Assembly (NCBI GenBank): GCA_965644265.1
Contig: OZ286476.1
Coordinates: 8,370,001-8,434,000 of the forward strand
Length of the DNA: 64,000 nt
Direction: 5' to 3'
From: Glycera tridactyla
Taxonomy: Eukaryota
The first letter of the stretch is position 1. Every line of letters begins with the position of its first letter. The position numbers and the translations under genes are program-made. Below, in pieces: positions 48,733 through 60,125 of the stretch. The notes beneath the pieces are model-generated. The model had not been told where the DNA came from and made no database searches. It saw only the letters and a program-made list of their open reading frames with translations.

Positions 48733-49004
48733 TGTAGGGAGAATATTGATGATGAACTGCTATCTTCTTTCTAATCAAGGGGTCAACTGAAATACTATCT
48801 ACTTTCTAGCTTCTTAAGCCAGAGGTCAAATGAAAAAATACCTACTTCCTGGTTGCTCTAATTTCTAAGTCAAGGAAGGGACAAGAGTGAAGACAACTAC
48901 TTCCTATGATATGGGAATATGGAGCCAAAAAAAACAAGAACAAAAGAGATCTGATATGAATATATATTGACAGGATCTGTTCTCATCCATCCACCTTGTT
49001 GATA

Positions 49005-49135
49005 CAAGATTACATGGTCCACACAGGGACCTCCTACAGTCAGTGCAAGATTACATGGTCCACACAGGGACCTCCTACAGTCGGTACAAGATTACATAGT
49101 CCACACAGGGACCTCCTACAGTCGGTAAAAGATTA
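49005..49135 (+). repeat. 41-bp tandem repeat x3 plus partial copy, intergenic between POLB and ATP
   Basis: CAAGATTACATGGTCCACACAGGGACCTCCTACAGTCRGTR starts at 49005, 49046 and 49087. Confidence 0.92.
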
Positions 49136-49355
49136 TATTGCTCCTCTACAATGATTATAATTTTATATGTAGAAACACCATACAATGCAAACCTGTCACA
49201 TCATCTATACACCAGAAAAACTGAGTAAGCTATATGACTGTAAAGATTTCATAGCTTTTCTATCAGGAAGATAGCTATGTAATCACTACTATTATATAGC
49301 TTCCTATCAGCATGAATCAATGAAAAACTAGCTGATTATATGCAATGCACCCTAC

Positions 49356-52300
49356 TCAATATCCTATTGGATGTGAAGTCAGGTCTGGATGAAACACACG
49401 TTTGTCACTCGTCAAGCCATACCTCTTAATTTGATGTTTGGTGTTGACTGTCATTGACCGTTTTATTCGAAATATATGAGCATTTGAGACTTCAACCTCA
49501 AGACCATATTTCAGTGGACACTGACTTTCATTGTCATTATCATTGTCATTAAAGTCTGGTTCACATTGACTATCGATGGACCTAGAAATCCGATTACCAT
49601 ACTCTGTAACCATCGATTTCATAACAGATAAATTCATGTGGTTTGCTGCTTCCATACTCAACGTGAAACCCTTATACTTCATCACAGTGTCATTGTTCGA
49701 TAGAACATATCCATAACTCTTTGGGCCAGATGAAAAAAACGTGGTTATGTGAGTTCCTTCAGGTATTTCTGAGGTGAGGTCACCCAGATATGGACCCAAT
49801 GGAAGACAGTGGTCAGGAGAATCAGCTCTATAAATCAATGAGTCCGTATCACAGTACATGGCACGTCTCCCACAACTGTCAACTAGTGAATATAGGTGCA
49901 TCCTACCATAAGCAGTAATAAATGCTGCTAAAATGACATTATCTGTGGGACCTGAATGTAAAGTCTCTCCCCGATTGGAATATTCTAGAAGTAATGTATC
50001 CGGGTCCATTATGTTGAAATCAGTGATATCTGAACGCACATCAGACATAATATCATATAAGGCACTAGGATTCTGACTGTTTACTATCTTTGTTTTAGAT
50101 TTTCCCACTCTTTGCGCCAACTTACCGTACATGGCATTAAGAAGAAGCTTAGCCATCGTCCTTTTAGATGAGTTATATTCCATCTTTTCATCATCTAACT
50201 GTACTCCTTCAACCTTAAAAAAATTTTCAATAAATTCTTGTTTTTGTTGAGGAGATTGACAATGCGATGGGAAACCAGTGCTCTCTGTCTTAATCTTGAG
50301 AAATAAATTAACATACTCCTGAAAGAAATTGCAATTTTCACCTGTAAATGAGTCCAAAGTGTTTTCTGTGGTAGCATCGAAATGATAAACTTCATGCACT
50401 TTTTGAACTTTATATCCCTTTGATCTTGCTAGTTGAATTTCAGGTGTCACCCATGTACCAGTTAAGGCTCGTTGATGCTCTGAGCAATCACAGAAACGTT
50501 GGGGTTCAGGTAATTCAGAACATGATCGACATAGAACAAAAAGCAACTTATTCCGAGCTCTTGATGGTAATACAGGAAGGTCCAATGTCCTGGGAGGGAT
50601 GATGGTAATTTTTGCTACACCAAAATAGCTCTCCAATGTCAGATCAAATCCACCCTGAATTATATCTGAAGTCATTACTTCAGGGTGACCCACTGGAAAT
50701 ACCTGATTTTTCATGATCCAAGGGTACAAGGATGTAACATCAACGTACTCTACACGTGGATATTGTACCCCATTGACAATGACTGGAGGGTTGACATTTT
50801 CATCCTCAGTGTATCCCATTTGGAAAACCTCCACCCTCCCTCCATAATAACCATCTCTAGGATCAAGGGGGTCTTCATAATCAAATACAGAATTGACAAT
50901 TATTTCAACTAATGGATCATATTTCATTAAAGTACGAAATTCATGTTCCCACATAACCCGGACTACATATCCCATATCAATTAGTGATTGCTCAACATCT
51001 ACTGTATTTTGATATATTTCATTGAATGTCCGTTTTGTTCTTTGGCACTGTATGCGATCTCTACTAAAAGGAAAACACTGAGGACATGCATGGAACCAAC
51101 ATCCATGAAAATAGAATATTGTGTCTCCTAATACTGGAATATGAACAATTGGTTTCAGAGGCAAAGGTCGGTTATCTCCAGTCATAAAACCATCAGCGTA
51201 CACAACTCTTCCATCTCGCAATCGAATTCCCACCTCAGACCAATTTCCTGAATGATATAAGTGGATAGATTCTGATTGAGAGACATAGGTAAGCCATTGT
51301 AAGGATATCTTACTTGAGCCATGAAGATAAGACCTGTATCCTCCAGGTGGGACACGTGCCATGTCAGTTGAAATGAAATGTTTCCTATCTATAGAATATC
51401 CATTGGGTAAGTTTTCATTCGAGACCATTCCATTTCCATCTAGTAAATCTATCTTAACCTTTCCTCCTCTCTGTACTGCAGGATAGCTAATCGAAAGATT
51501 AATGTCTGGTCTAGCTTCATACATGGGATCAAGTTTTAAAGAGAGTCTGATTTTCTCAGAAATGAACTTTGATTGATAAATTCTCATCGCAAGATTAGCC
51601 AATGTAATTGACTTTTCATATGGGTCTATTTCAGTTAGCTGTTTAACAATTTGCTTGAATTTCAAACAAGTCAAACGAAGGATGGTTACATCATTCTCAC
51701 AGTATGAAATCAATTCATCATAAAAGTTGAATATTTCATTATTCTGTATCTTTTCAGAGTGCCATTCCAAGAACCTTTGAGCAACCTCTGGTTTCATGGA
51801 TGAAACACCATAAAATTTCACATCTGGATAAGGACCAATATAATTTTGATTTGATGCAATATTAAAAAAATGAGGAAAATACCCTTTGCATATAGCAGTG
51901 CTGATCTCATTAGAATCTTCATCCTCAGTGTTCATCAATCCAAAAGCAGATGGCAAAGAACTAAGAGGGAAAGGTAAAAACTTGTAATTATCAACAAACC
52001 TCAAAGCAATGGGATCTTTTAGTTCCATGAATATCAACTTTGTTCCAGCAAAGATAACATCTGCTGGTTGAATATTTCTTTTCTGAAGAAGTTCTTGTAA
52101 AACCAATATATGATCGAACCCACTCCCATTATGAGAAATAATTGTTGCCCCGTCATGTTGAGGTTTTAATAACCAATCCGTGAATTTCAACAAACTGTCA
52201 TCCCCATAAAATATGTGCTGCCTGATTCCACATGAACTATCTCTACAACATTTTTTTTGATTGAAGTCCCTCGCAGGTTTCTTTTTGGATTTTAGTTTAC

Positions 52301-54383
52301 ACCTCATGCTACACCTATCACCGCACCTATCACATTCTATATGTGCACCAAATGGTAAATCGGAACAGTCATCACATATTTTTTGCGCCACCACCAAGGT
52401 TGCCTTATGCTGAGAGCTACCACAAGATGATGAATTGCAATGCAAACATCGTGAGCAATTGGAGCAGGGTGATGGCTGGAATTTACACTTATCACAACGA
52501 ACAGGAGGAAGAATGTTTCCTTTATCACACTCATATTTGGAATCTTGTGAGGTCTCTATGTCAAAGAAAATGATTAGATGATCTCTCTGACATAAAAGGA
52601 TTGGACTAACAAGACTTTTTGATCTAATATAGCATTCATGCCTCTCTAAAAAGTAGCTTTCACATTTTGAGCAATAATACTCTCCACATTCATGAAGAGA
52701 ACGAGGACGTTTCTTAGATTCCATGACCTTCTTACACCTGACACACATCCACCACTTTATACAATAGTCATCTTTGTGCAAAAAAAAACATGTCATGTTA
52801 CCAAAGTATGAGGTACATGCCAAACAAGAGAGAAGAGGACCTTCAATCTCATTTCCCTTGCAATAATTCGATTGACACTTGATACATTTTGGACCTGAAC
52901 AACACACAGTACTGTTATTCCGTTTTGGCTTGCAACATTCTTCACAAATGGACCTCTGATCAAAGAAGGCATTTAATTTAGTTATAGCGTCATAATGACA
53001 AGGAGATAAGATATCACCTGGATCAATACGATGGTGATAGACATATACTTTCACCCAACCCATTTCTTTAGCATGATCAGAAGGTTTCCTAACAAATCGA
53101 TTTCCTCCAAGTTGAGATATAACATAAACACCACATTCCAATACATGCTCAATTCTCTCAATGTCACCTAATGTAATTTCGGATTGGTCACTTAAATCAG
53201 CCTCCTCAAGTAATTTAGCTAAGGCCCTATCTTGAATTCTCCCTCTCCATTCCCTAATGGACTTATATACCTGAGGTGAGGTTTTACGGATTCGAAAAGC
53301 TGTGCAAAGATAATCATTGTCATTTTCAGTCTTTTCTTGCTCAAATTTCTCTCTTGTAATCTGCACAGCATATGCCCAAGATACAATTATTGCTCGTGGT
53401 AGGCATGTTTTATCACCTTCATTTCTTATACGAACTAAGCTACGCTTTGAATATAATGAGTCCAAATCGTCATTTACTAAGGATAGGGTTTTTCTACCAA
53501 GACCACTTCCTGTAATAGCTCTCAAAATGCATACAGAAATAAAAAAAGTCCTATCAATTCTAACCTCCTTCTTTGATTGAAGAACTACTGAAATTCTATT
53601 CAATATGCCATTAACATCAAGGTTTTTGAACAGATCAACTGGAATGCATATGGGACTATCAAGAAATTCTTGATCGATAACGATTTTAACATAATCATCT
53701 GCTCGACATGATGAACTGATACCTTCTAATATCTTCTCAAATATCTTTCTTATGATATCTTCAACATCAACAATAGTGACAGGAGATAATGAAGATATGA
53801 ATCCCTGCTGAGGTATAATTTTGAACAAAGTACCATTGACAAGGTCACCATGAAAGGGATCATATGACATTCTATGTACATGAAAGAGATCCCTGTTTTC
53901 ATCTGCCAAACGGTCATATATACCATCAAATTGATCAGAAGTTGAATGAGGGACAGCATTGGGTATACTAGGAGAGGTAGATGTTGAAATTTGAGAAGGT
54001 GAGGCATCTTCAAGAGGTTGAGGTAAGGGCAAACGGCTCAATTCAGTCTCAGGTACTGCTGAATCAGTAATTATCCTATTCGTAGGTGATGAAATGAGGT
54101 CACTGTGTATCAGTTCATGTGGTACATGAGTATTAGATATTGACAATGGAGACATGAATATATTTCCATGCTGTTGATCCTGATGATCAGCGTGGAGTAC
54201 CTGACCTCCACTAGATCGAAGATTATATGTTGATCTCACCACATCCTTTTGAGATTTTTTTCTTTTATCACGTGAGCGTGACTGGTATAACTGATGAGGT
54301 TTCCGTTTCCTCAATACTCTGCGAGATGATGGTCTTGACCCTCTACCTCGCCCCACTTGTTGTCTTGAAGAAAACCAAGATGC
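49356..54383 (-). CDS. POLB: Protein-primed family B DNA polymerase (with N-terminal terminal-protein region); last exon 54383-49356, 1675 aa
   Basis: Exo I FFDIET, Exo II HNGSGFD, Exo III YCENDV, polymerase motifs YVDVTSLYP, KLLLNAMYGK, YCDTDS, GPKSYG; Vsr-like insert DGF...FHGCWFHAC. The ORF has no ATG at its start and begins at acceptor TTTGTTTCAG (54384). Confidence 0.98.
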   Translation of the reverse strand, partial: ASWFSSRQQVGRGRGSRPSSRRVLRKRKPHQLYQSRSRDKRKKSQKDVVRSTYNLRSSGGQVLHADHQDQQHGNIFMSPLSISNTHVPHELIHSDLISSPTNRIITDSAVPETELSRLPLPQPLEDASPSQISTSTSPSIPNAVPHSTSDQFDGIYDRLADENRDLFHVHRMSYDPFHGDLVNGTLFKIIPQQGFISSLSPVTIVDVEDIIRKIFEKILEGISSSCRADDYVKIVIDQEFLDSPICIPVDLFKNLDVNGILNRISVVLQSKKEVRIDRTFFISVCILRAITGSGLGRKTLSLVNDDLDSLYSKRSLVRIRNEGDKTCLPRAIIVSWAYAVQITREKFEQEKTENDNDYLCTAFRIRKTSPQVYKSIREWRGRIQDRALAKLLEEADLSDQSEITLGDIERIEHVLECGVYVISQLGGNRFVRKPSDHAKEMGWVKVYVYHHRIDPGDILSPCHYDAITKLNAFFDQRSICEECCKPKRNNSTVCCSGPKCIKCQSNYCKGNEIEGPLLSCLACTSYFGNMTCFFLHKDDYCIKWWMCVRCKKVMESKKRPRSLHECGEYYCSKCESYFLERHECYIRSKSLVSPILLCQRDHLIIFFDIETSQDSKYECDKGNILPPVRCDKCKFQPSPCSNCSRCLHCNSSSCGSSQHKATLVVAQKICDDCSDLPFGAHIECDRCGDRCSMRCKLKSKKKPARDFNQKKCCRDSSCGIRQHIFYGDDSLLKFTDWLLKPQHDGATIISHNGSGFDHILVLQELLQKRNIQPADVIFAGTKLIFMELKDPIALRFVDNYKFLPFPLSSLPSAFGLMNTEDEDSNEISTAICKGYFPHFFNIASNQNYIGPYPDVKFYGVSSMKPEVAQRFLEWHSEKIQNNEIFNFYDELISYCENDVTILRLTCLKFKQIVKQLTEIDPYEKSITLANLAMRIYQSKFISEKIRLSLKLDPMYEARPDINLSISYPAVQRGGKVKIDLLDGNGMVSNENLPNGYSIDRKHFISTDMARVPPGGYRSYLHGSSKISLQWLTYVSQSESIHLYHSGNWSEVGIRLRDGRVVYADGFMTGDNRPLPLKPIVHIPVLGDTIFYFHGCWFHACPQCFPFSRDRIQCQRTKRTFNEIYQNTVDVEQSLIDMGYVVRVMWEHEFRTLMKYDPLVEIIVNSVFDYEDPLDPRDGYYGGRVEVFQMGYTEDENVNPPVIVNGVQYPRVEYVDVTSLYPWIMKNQVFPVGHPEVMTSDIIQGGFDLTLESYFGVAKITIIPPRTLDLPVLPSRARNKLLFVLCRSCSELPEPQRFCDCSEHQRALTGTWVTPEIQLARSKGYKVQKVHEVYHFDATTENTLDSFTGENCNFFQEYVNLFLKIKTESTGFPSHCQSPQQKQEFIENFFKVEGVQLDDEKMEYNSSKRTMAKLLLNAMYGKLAQRVGKSKTKIVNSQNPSALYDIMSDVRSDITDFNIMDPDTLLLEYSNRGETLHSGPTDNVILAAFITAYGRMHLYSLVDSCGRRAMYCDTDSLIYRADSPDHCLPLGPYLGDLTSEIPEGTHITTFFSSGPKSYGYVLSNNDTVMKYKGFTLSMEAANHMNLSVMKSMVTEYGNRISRSIDSQCEPDFNDNDNDNESQCPLKYGLEVEVSNAHIFRIKRSMTVNTKHQIKRYGLTSDKRVFHPDLTSHPIGY

Positions 54384-54717
54384 CTGAAACAAATGTACTC
54401 AATATACACTAGTTGTCATGAATGGGAATCAACCAAAAACATTGACAGATAATATAGTGATGATGCAATGTAAATGACAATGACAACAACGACAACAACA
54501 AGAACAACAACGATGATGACGATGGAGAGAGAAATGATCAGGAGACGACGGCAACGCTAAAGGCAATAATGAGATGAGATAACAATGATGACAAAAACAA
54601 CAACAACAAAATTGAAAAAAAGATAAATTTCCATGGGAATGATGTCATAGAAGAAATCAATATTGACGTCACACTGACAAGAATCAGCGATCATGTCAAC
54701 AACAAAAGATGTATATA

Positions 54718-57700
54718 TTAATTATTTAAAATTGGTTCAAATACCTGATGTGAATGATTCGTCTCCTTATGCTGCAATAATTTCTCAATGGATGTGTAGC
54801 GAGCGGAATTTCTCTCTGTCTCGGTTTTTGCTTGCAAAAGGCAGGTATAACAACATACCATCATTACATTGGAATCAGTATCTGGCTCTTTGTGCTTAAC
54901 AATGTCCTTATTCAATAGGAACTTGGTCACTCTCTCATCAGTATGTTTCTCATCCTCGTCACTCACCTCATTGTCCTCAGCTTCATCGTCAGCATCATTA
55001 TCATAGTCAATGTCAGAATACCCCTTATTTTGTTCATTTATCTCATCATCATCATCATCACTACTTTCACCATTACCACATTCACCTCCCCCACTGCCAC
55101 CGCACCTGTCATCACCACCATCACTACCTTCACCTTGACTATCATTATCATTTNNNNNNNNNNNNNNNNNNNNNNNNNNNNNNNNNNNNNNNNNNNNNNN
55201 NNNNNNNNNNNNNNNNNNNNNNNNNNNNNNNNNNNNNNNNNNNNNNNNNNNNNNNNNNNNNNNNNNNNNNNNNNNNNNNNNNNNNNNNNNNNNNNNNNNN
55301 NNNNNNTCATTACCATAACATGAAACAGGGACATAATTTGACTGGAAAGAATTTACATCATTAATTTGATGAGCAGTACTATTGACATCATGGATATTTT
55401 CCTTTACACTAAGTACATTGTCATTTTTGAATGTGACTGATGATACACTAACTCTTCGATTAATATGAGGTGACAATACAGGAGATGAAGAAGGAGTGAC
55501 AAGAATTTCTGAAATTGAATGATTGATTTGTCTTGGAGAACAATCAAACACAGGAGAACAAAGATAATCCTGCATGGGGACTGAAACAACATCTTGACTA
55601 TTCAATTCAAACCCACTTTTAAACGGTGATATATCAACATTTGAAATATTCCTGTCAATTCTTTTATGCTCATTATCCATATTGTTATCATTACCTTGAC
55701 CATTGCTATCGTCATTGTCATCATTACCTTCACCATTGCTGTCGTCATTGTCATCATTACCTTGACCATTGCTGTCGTCATCGTCATCATTACCTTCACC
55801 ATTGCTGTCGTCATCGTCATCATTACCTTCACCATTGCTGTCGTCATCGTCATCATTACCTTCACCATTGCTGTCGTCGTCATCGTCATCACCACCACCA
55901 CCACCGCCACTGTCACCACCACCAGCGCCGCTGTNNNNNNNNNNNNNNNNNNNNNNNNNNNNNNNNNNNNNNNNNNNNNNNNNNNNNNNNNNNNNNNNNN
56001 NNNNNNNNNNNNNNNNNNNNNNNNNNNNNNNNNNNNNNNNNNNNNNNNNNNNNNNNNNNNNNNNNNNNCCATCACATTTGATATTTCTGACCATGGATCT
56101 GATATCAATCCTGCTACATATATTACGAAATTTCTTCTGTACAGATTTCAAGTCATAGATAGGAACAGATACAAGACTATTAGCAGATGATACCTTGGAA
56201 TCAACATTACCTTCATTTTCAGCACTGATACAAGAAATAACAGTATCATCATTAGTAAGATCTATAACATCATTATGTTCACCATTTATGATTACATTTG
56301 GATTTGACAGAGGTGAGAAGCAAGGAAAAGAAGATTCAGATGAGAGATTCCCATTTCCAGGACAATGACTAGGAAAAATAAAGGTAGAAGGATCTGAATT
56401 ATCCGTTCCGTAATGTGAAGCTTGGAGGAGAGCATGCTTTTCAACAGAAGGAGATACACACCTGATGTGACTTGACGATGTAGTGGGTTTATCAACCATT
56501 GTTCTCCTATCAGGTACGTCAGCTGCGGAAATAGAGACATCCTGTGGTCTTGTCTCCCCATAAACATCACTAGATGGTAGTTTTCTGGATGGTGTATTTC
56601 TGGACCGAGATAGCTTTGAACGTGAGTGATGTTTGCGTTCCTTCGACAGAGGTATTTCTGGTATCCCGGGTACAGTTTTTGTCTGAGACAAATGTCCATT
56701 CAATGAAGATCGAGAAGAAATATTTCCTCCCTTGTTATCGGCTGAAACATAACTTGACGACGAAGACATGGGAACATTACTCCCATGGATGACTGAAGAA
56801 CATATGGTAGCAGATACTGATTGTGGAACAATCTCAGCAGAAGAGTGATCGTTAGCAGAGGACAATACTGGTGAGACTCTCATGAGATGAAATCCAGGAT
56901 ATGGAGATATATGGGTATATTTTGAATCATATGATCCGGATATATGATGACCACTAGTTTTATCAGGACAATTCACATGAGAAGGTAGAAAAGTGGGAGT
57001 ATCATTCGCATAATTCGTTCCTGACTGAAAGTCCAAAGTCAAAGGATTATCAGATGCTGTCACTGGAGGAGTATCCAAGTGCATTGTGCGAGTCTGAGAG
57101 AGGTCCAGACCGACTGACAAACAAGAAGGAACAGATGCACTAGGTTGACTATCATATGTGGAACGTACATCCGCATCAGACATTATCGAGTGAGATACAT
57201 TCCGGAGTTGATCAAAAACACCTGATCTAACACTGGTGGAGCAAGGTGAGTGATCTCTCAAATTGTCCCTAATATATTCACCAACATCAGCTGATGTCTT
57301 CTGAAATGTCTCTAGTGAATCATTGGTCGATTGTCTATGTCTATATCCATGGATTTGATCAGAAGTATCATAATCAGACTTTATGATATTCTGATCAATG
57401 AGTAAATTTCCCGAAGACAATTGATCACCTTGGCTTTTTGGTATAGGCACACTTGATGATGGGGTGATAGACACAGTAGAATGATAAGATTCATTCTTCT
57501 GTTCTGAAGGTAATATACTTCTATTGTCCAAAAATGACACTCTCCGTTTCTTTGAACGATGCAAAGCTTCATGATTGTGTGAAATTACAGAGTCTTTCCC
57601 ACATGGAGGGATGGAAGGTGCATTGCTACAAGTGCTTGTTTTTGCTGATTTACCAGCAGAGCGAATACATACAGTTTGAGTGTGATGATCATGATGACGG

Positions 57701-57826
57701 ACTGATGGACATGAATGCATATTGTGAGCATCTGCTGATGAGGAGCGCTTACGTTTCTCTCGAAGTACAGATTTCATAACATGACCAACAGTGTTAAGTG
57801 CTTTTACTAGTCTACGACACACACGC
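54718..57826 (-). CDS. Ser-rich/acidic low-complexity ORF (~1030 aa across two N-gaps); probable upstream exon of POLB
   Basis: Acceptor TTTCATTTCAG at 57827; donor CAG|GTATTT at 54744 in phase 0, matching the POLB acceptor; VIDLT motif; atypical C-x2-C-x23-H-x4-H; frame continuity across the gaps is unverified. Confidence 0.6.
55689..55890 (-). repeat. 33-bp coding tandem repeat x6 (NGEGNDDDDDS)
   Basis: Units start at 55689, 55722, 55755, 55788, 55821 and 55854. Confidence 0.92.
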
Positions 57827-57922
57827 CTGAAATGAAAGAAAGAAAAAAAGTTCTATTTTGTTCAATCGCACCAATCATTTCACATTGACTTTCATTATTC
57901 GCATCTTAGTGATTCATAATCG

Positions 57923-58040
57923 TCATTGTCTGAATTATCGTCTCAGTCAACGTCAAAGTCATTATCTGAATCATCGTCTCAGTCAACGTCAAAGTCATTA
58001 TCTGAATCATCGTCTCAGTCAACGTCACAGTCATTATCTA
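57923..58040. repeat. 36-bp tandem repeat x3 plus partial copy
   Basis: TCATTATCTGAATCATCGTCTCAGTCAACGTCAAAG starts at 57923, 57959, 57995 and 58031. Confidence 0.9.
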
Positions 58041-58335
58041 ATTTGACGTCAGATTAATTGCCAGAGTCTTCGTCGATACCATTCATGTTCACAGTCATCG
58101 TCACATTCATCACCTCTCAGCAGTAGGGTCATCATCATCATCATCATCTTCTCAGCAGCAGGGTCATCATCACCTCCACCTTCACCTTTACTACCGACTG
58201 CTCACTATCATTTCCATCACTTACATCATCAAACATCACCACCGTCATCATCACCATGACTACACTCAACAGGGTGGACCTCGAACATGAACAGAAAATG
58301 AGGGAGATACAAATAATATTGTCATGTCCACTTAC

Positions 58336-58591
58336 ATTCCGTAACGAATAGTTGAGTCCGAATTATCCTTCTCCTTGTGGTTACAAGATAAACAACGCTG
58401 CCTTGAACTGGTTACATTATGATCCATCATATGTTTTCTAGATGTACTATCCACTGCAGCTGTATCCCCTATGATGTTAGGTAGAGACAAATTTGGTACA
58501 TTCCGTCTGGTGATGGAGTCAGGTTTTGAAGTGTCATCTACAGTTTCATCATGATCATCATTCTCCCATGATGATATATCACTCACTCCAT
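58336..58591 (-). CDS. Internal exon upstream of the 1030-aa ORF
   Basis: Donor AT|GTAAGT at 58335 (phase 2) matches acceptor 57827 (phase 2); acceptor TATATTCAG at 58592. Confidence 0.5.
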
Positions 58592-58840
58592 CTGAATATA
58601 CAGTCAGCTCTTAGTTCATATGTTGTGTTGATGATATATGTATATCGATATATTCCTACTTTTAAACCCCTTCTAATCTAAGCTCGTATACTATCCTTAG
58701 CATGAAATTATTCTTGAAAGTGACCTCATTCCTAAATCTAGACCCTATATGAGAGGTTATATGAGTCATATGTTATCTATCGATTATATATTTCTTCTAA
58801 GAAGCTACCCTATCATATAAGTAAACATGATTTTGCCAAT

Positions 58841-59416
58841 TTAGGAAACACACCTAATGCAGGCCTCAGCGGATTTTACTAACCACTGCCTGATATCTCG
58901 ATACTGACCATCAAAAAGGTCACAAGGATCACACAATAGTCGCCAAAATAACTTCTCCCAATAACGAGAAGGAACAGGGGAAAAATAAGCATCCTTATCT
59001 ACTTCTTCAAGTTGCTTCTGAAGCATTGCTTGAGCTTCCAGGACCACAAACTTCGAAAAGGTCATATGATATCTGCAAGTATATTCTGTATCCACACATT
59101 CGCAATCAAACAATTTTATCGGATCCATAAGCCAAAAGTCTTCAATCGCCATTCTAACATACTGAGGGGCTTGAAGTACTATTCCCTTCTGTTCAGATAA
59201 TGATATGATTCGCCCTAGTATAGAACACAGTTCAGTTGTAACACAGTCCTCAGCAATGGAGATTAGAACCAAATGAGGAGGATGGGGGCCAGCGTTGCCT
59301 GAATCGGTATCTGGCTTAAACCAGTCTACAATAAGGAAAATAATAACACAGGCTTTAATGAGATAAGTAACCATGAGGTCATATCTCAATATCATGATCA
59401 ACAAAATCATATGCAT
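58841..59416 (-). CDS. Hypothetical protein/exon (191-aa ORF; likely starts at acceptor TTATTGTAG)
   Basis: Protein-like helical composition; no recognisable family. Confidence 0.45.
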   Translation of the reverse strand: MHMILLIMILRYDLMVTYLIKACVIIFLIVDWFKPDTDSGNAGPHPPHLVLISIAEDCVTTELCSILGRIISLSEQKGIVLQAPQYVRMAIEDFWLMDPIKLFDCECVDTEYTCRYHMTFSKFVVLEAQAMLQKQLEEVDKDAYFSPVPSRYWEKLFWRLLCDPCDLFDGQYRDIRQWLVKSAEACIRCVS

Positions 59417-60125
59417 GATTGCTATGGTCAGGATCCTCAGTCAGTAAATCATCAGGTTCAAATTCTTCTTCGAGGAATGAAATTTCTGGACTGTCATGAA
59501 CTTCAGGACAATAATCAGTGACATAAAGGTAATCAAGGTCACTGATATAACCATCATCTAATCGACCGTCATGAACGTTTTCAAGACCATCGTCTTCAGC
59601 ATCATCCAGAGAAATATCATGAATGTAACGATCATCAATTTCATTTGTACTGACTGTGTCATTATCATTGACATTCGTTGCATGATCACTTATACCCATA
59701 TTCTGACATTCAGGTCGAAAGCAATCATGACATATGTTCATTGAACATGAAGCATTGTCAAAAAAATGACGATGACGATGACGATGATGATTCATACTAC
59801 TTTCTGGATGTACAAGACATCTATCTCTCATTACATCAACAGTATATTCAAAAGTATTACCATGACGTGAGGATATCTCATTAAATGATACTCTAGAATT
59901 GATATCTTGTGAACTATCTATCAAATTATATCTGACATTACATGATAGAGATATTATCAATTCTGACTCAGATGGAGATGTCACTGAACCAGAGGTCTCT
60001 GTAAGTTTCGTCTGCGTTTTCGTAATCATCCTCCTCCTCATCGTCGCTAGAAACATGAAGAAAAAGGAATGCCCTAACATAGTCCTCATTCTCGAAACCA
60101 GAGGTTGCAAACTGGTAGAAATCAT
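59379..60125 (-). CDS. Hypothetical acidic protein/exon with His/Cys cluster (248-aa ORF)
   Basis: HHRHRHRH..CSMNICHDCFRPEC then an Asp/Glu-rich tail; overlaps neighbouring ORFs in other frames, so the structure is unresolved. Confidence 0.4.
   Translation of the reverse strand: MISTSLQPLVSRMRTMLGHSFFFMFLATMRRRMITKTQTKLTETSGSVTSPSESELIISLSCNVRYNLIDSSQDINSRVSFNEISSRHGNTFEYTVDVMRDRCLVHPESSMNHHRHRHRHFFDNASCSMNICHDCFRPECQNMGISDHATNVNDNDTVSTNEIDDRYIHDISLDDAEDDGLENVHDGRLDDGYISDLDYLYVTDYCPEVHDSPEISFLEEEFEPDDLLTEDPDHSNHAYDFVDHDIEI

Noticed and set aside
54943-56792. Plus-strand and alternative-frame ORFs over the acidic repeats
   Set aside because: Shadow frames of low-complexity sequence and N-gaps.
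59379-60125. LxCxE Rb-binding motif in accessory ORFs
   Set aside because: The closest match seen, DYCPE, lacks the Leu; I saw no true LxCxE by eye.
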